From Candidatus Sungiibacteriota bacterium (GTDB lineage Bacteria > Patescibacteriota > Minisyncoccia > Sungbacterales > HO2-52-23), in contig JACPMG010000011.1 of the NCBI GenBank assembly GCA_016186095.1, positions 1 to 52,983 of the forward strand: 52,983 nt of DNA, in the 5' to 3' direction. The position numbers were made by a program, and so were the translations under genes. Below the pieces are notes generated by a model. That model searched no databases. It had not been told where the DNA came from and worked only from the letters and a program-made list of their open reading frames with translations. How positions within the stretch are numbered: position 1 is the first letter of the stretch; every line of letters begins with the position of its first letter. Below, one piece after another: positions 51,365 through 52,983 of the stretch.

Positions 51365-52888
51365 ATGAACTATATTTTGATTATCGGAGGCGGAGCATTG
51401 ATTCTGGGCGTTGCGGCCGGTTATTTTATCCGTCAGCTAATCGCCCAGCAGCGTAAATCATCGATTGAGGCTAAACTGCGTAAGCTCATAGAGGATTCCA
51501 AATCCGAAGCCAAGGAAATTCTGCTTGAATCTAAAGAAAAGGCGGCCAAGGTTTTGGATGAGGCGAAGCACGAAGAAAAAGAGCGTCTAGCCCAGCTTCG
51601 GAAACTGGAAGAGCGTCTGATCGGGCGGGAAACGGCTGTGGATAGGAGAGTGGGTGATTTTGAAAGGAAGGAAAGAGAATTTGACGAACAGGTGGCCAAA
51701 GTCAAGGCCATAAAATCGGAGATAGAAACTAGAAGAGGGGAATTGGTCAAAGAGCTGGAACGCGTCTCCGGCCTTTCGCAAAAAGAAGCTCAAGAGGAGC
51801 TTATGAAGCTGATTGAAAAAGACCATGGCGAGGACATGATGATGCGCGTAAAGAAATTTGAGCAATCCGGCATGGAAGATTTGGAGCGCCGCGCCAAAAA
51901 TACTCTAGCGGCTTTAATCCAGCGTTTGGCCACCTCAACGACATCCGAGGTTACCACCACTACGGTTTCCATACCTTCGGACGATCTTAAAGGAAAAATC
52001 ATTGGGCGCGAGGGCCGAAATATTAAAGCTCTGGAGCGGGCCGCCGGAGTGGAAATAATTGTTGATGATACCCCCGGATCCATTGTGATTTCCGGCTTTG
52101 ATCCGGTACGTAGGCAGATTGCCAAAGCGGCTCTCGAGATGCTGATTCAAGACGGGAGGATCCAGCCTGCTCGTATTGAGGAGACGGTAGAGAGGGCGCG
52201 CGAGGAGATAGAGAAATTGATAAAAGAGGCCGGGGAACAGGCCGCCTATGAGGTAGGGGCGTTTAATCTTGATCCGCGGCTTTTGACACTTCTTGGCCGC
52301 CTCAGGTTCCGGACAAGCTACGGACAAAATGTTTTACAGCATTCAATTGAGATGGCGTATTTGGCGGGTATGCTTGCTAGCGAAGTGGGGGGAGACGTGG
52401 CCGTAGCCAAAATGGGAGCGCTTCTACACGATATCGGCAAAGCTGTTGATCATGAGGTCACCGGAACCCACGTCGAAATTGGCCGCAGAATTTTGCAGAA
52501 ATTCGGAGTGGATACAAAAGTGATTCAGGCCATGCAGTCGCATCATGAGGAATATCCGTACGAGACGCTTGAATCTATAATTGTGCAGACCGTAGACGCG
52601 ATTTCCGCTTCTCGCCCGGGAGCGCGGCGCGATTCTATTGAGAATTATCTTAAACGGTTGGAGGACTTGGAGCGGATTGCCACCTCTTTCCCCGGAGTTG
52701 AAAAAGCCTACGCGATTTCCGCAGGAAGGGAAATCAGAATCTTTGTGACCCCAGATAAGATAAGCGATTTGGAAGCTAGGGATTTGGCGAGAAACGTGGC
52801 TATACAAGTTGAAAGAGAGTTGAAGTATCCGGGAGAGATTAAAGTAAACGTGATACGTGAAACCAGAGTGATCGAGTACGCAAGGTAA
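51365..52888 (+). CDS. rny: ribonuclease Y
   Basis: 507 aa. N-terminal transmembrane helix, coiled coil, KH domain (GKIIGREGRNIKALE) and HD domain (LLHDIGKA). Confidence 0.94.
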   Translation: MNYILIIGGGALILGVAAGYFIRQLIAQQRKSSIEAKLRKLIEDSKSEAKEILLESKEKAAKVLDEAKHEEKERLAQLRKLEERLIGRETAVDRRVGDFERKEREFDEQVAKVKAIKSEIETRRGELVKELERVSGLSQKEAQEELMKLIEKDHGEDMMMRVKKFEQSGMEDLERRAKNTLAALIQRLATSTTSEVTTTTVSIPSDDLKGKIIGREGRNIKALERAAGVEIIVDDTPGSIVISGFDPVRRQIAKAALEMLIQDGRIQPARIEETVERAREEIEKLIKEAGEQAAYEVGAFNLDPRLLTLLGRLRFRTSYGQNVLQHSIEMAYLAGMLASEVGGDVAVAKMGALLHDIGKAVDHEVTGTHVEIGRRILQKFGVDTKVIQAMQSHHEEYPYETLESIIVQTVDAISASRPGARRDSIENYLKRLEDLERIATSFPGVEKAYAISAGREIRIFVTPDKISDLEARDLARNVAIQVERELKYPGEIKVNVIRETRVIEYAR

Positions 52889-52895
52889 TCATCAA

Positions 52896-52932
52896 AATCT
52901 AAAAAACGCCCGATTAGGGCGTTTTTTAGATT
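52896..52932 (+). terminator. intrinsic terminator after rny
   Basis: 16-bp perfect stem AATCTAAAAAACGCCC gatta GGGCGTTTTTTAGATT. Confidence 0.8.
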
Positions 52933-52983
52933 TAAGACATTTTAGGGAGCTATTATTTTTCCTACCAAAGTGCAGCTGTACGT

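Overview
All calls below come from reading the sequence and recognising motifs; no homology search or RNA folding was run.

The window looks like a chromosomal segment of a small-genome bacterium resembling the Candidate Phyla Radiation / Parcubacteria. That placement is an inference from gene content:
- an archaeal-type ATP-dependent DNA ligase
- rplK with no rplA after it
- a membrane H+-pyrophosphatase
- a trigger factor without a PPIase domain
- a large type IV pilus locus

Layout, left to right:
- **1-14.6 kb, housekeeping:** tmk (partial), a P-loop kinase, rplK-nusG-secE, gyrB, pheST, a tRNA operon (fMet-Met-Asp), gatCA and the ATP-dependent ligase.
- **14.9-34.8 kb, type IV pilus / competence locus (~20 kb):**
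  - four minor pilins, pilD, pilA, pilC, pilT and a second pilin
  - a decayed pilB, a PilP-like gene, pilONM, comFC and an intact pilB
  - three receiver-only response regulators, two histidine kinases and a decayed sensor-binding protein
- **34.9-42.0 kb, island:** a class-III aminotransferase, an M16 peptidase, an AstE/AspA-type deacylase and a PmbA/TldD pair.
- **42.1-53.0 kb, housekeeping:** nusA, hppA, tig, clpP, gpmI and rny.

The most unusual signal is non-coding. Nearly every short operon spacer is a self-complementary cassette built from tandem and inverted heptamer words (NNCGAAT, GTTACCA, CTACAAG, ATTTCTA and others).
- Three cassettes in the pilus operon are near-identical.
- One runs into the 3' end of a response-regulator gene.
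- 3x7 or 4x7 nt arrays of the same kind sit inside coding sequence: two prepilin leaders, pheT and tig.

Other points worth a second look:
- several long structured intergenic regions of unknown function
- a promoter-plus-terminator leader ahead of nusA
- a promoter-to-terminator unit of unknown product where rplA would be expected
- a split in translation-start signals, with strong Shine-Dalgarno sites in the island and almost none elsewhere
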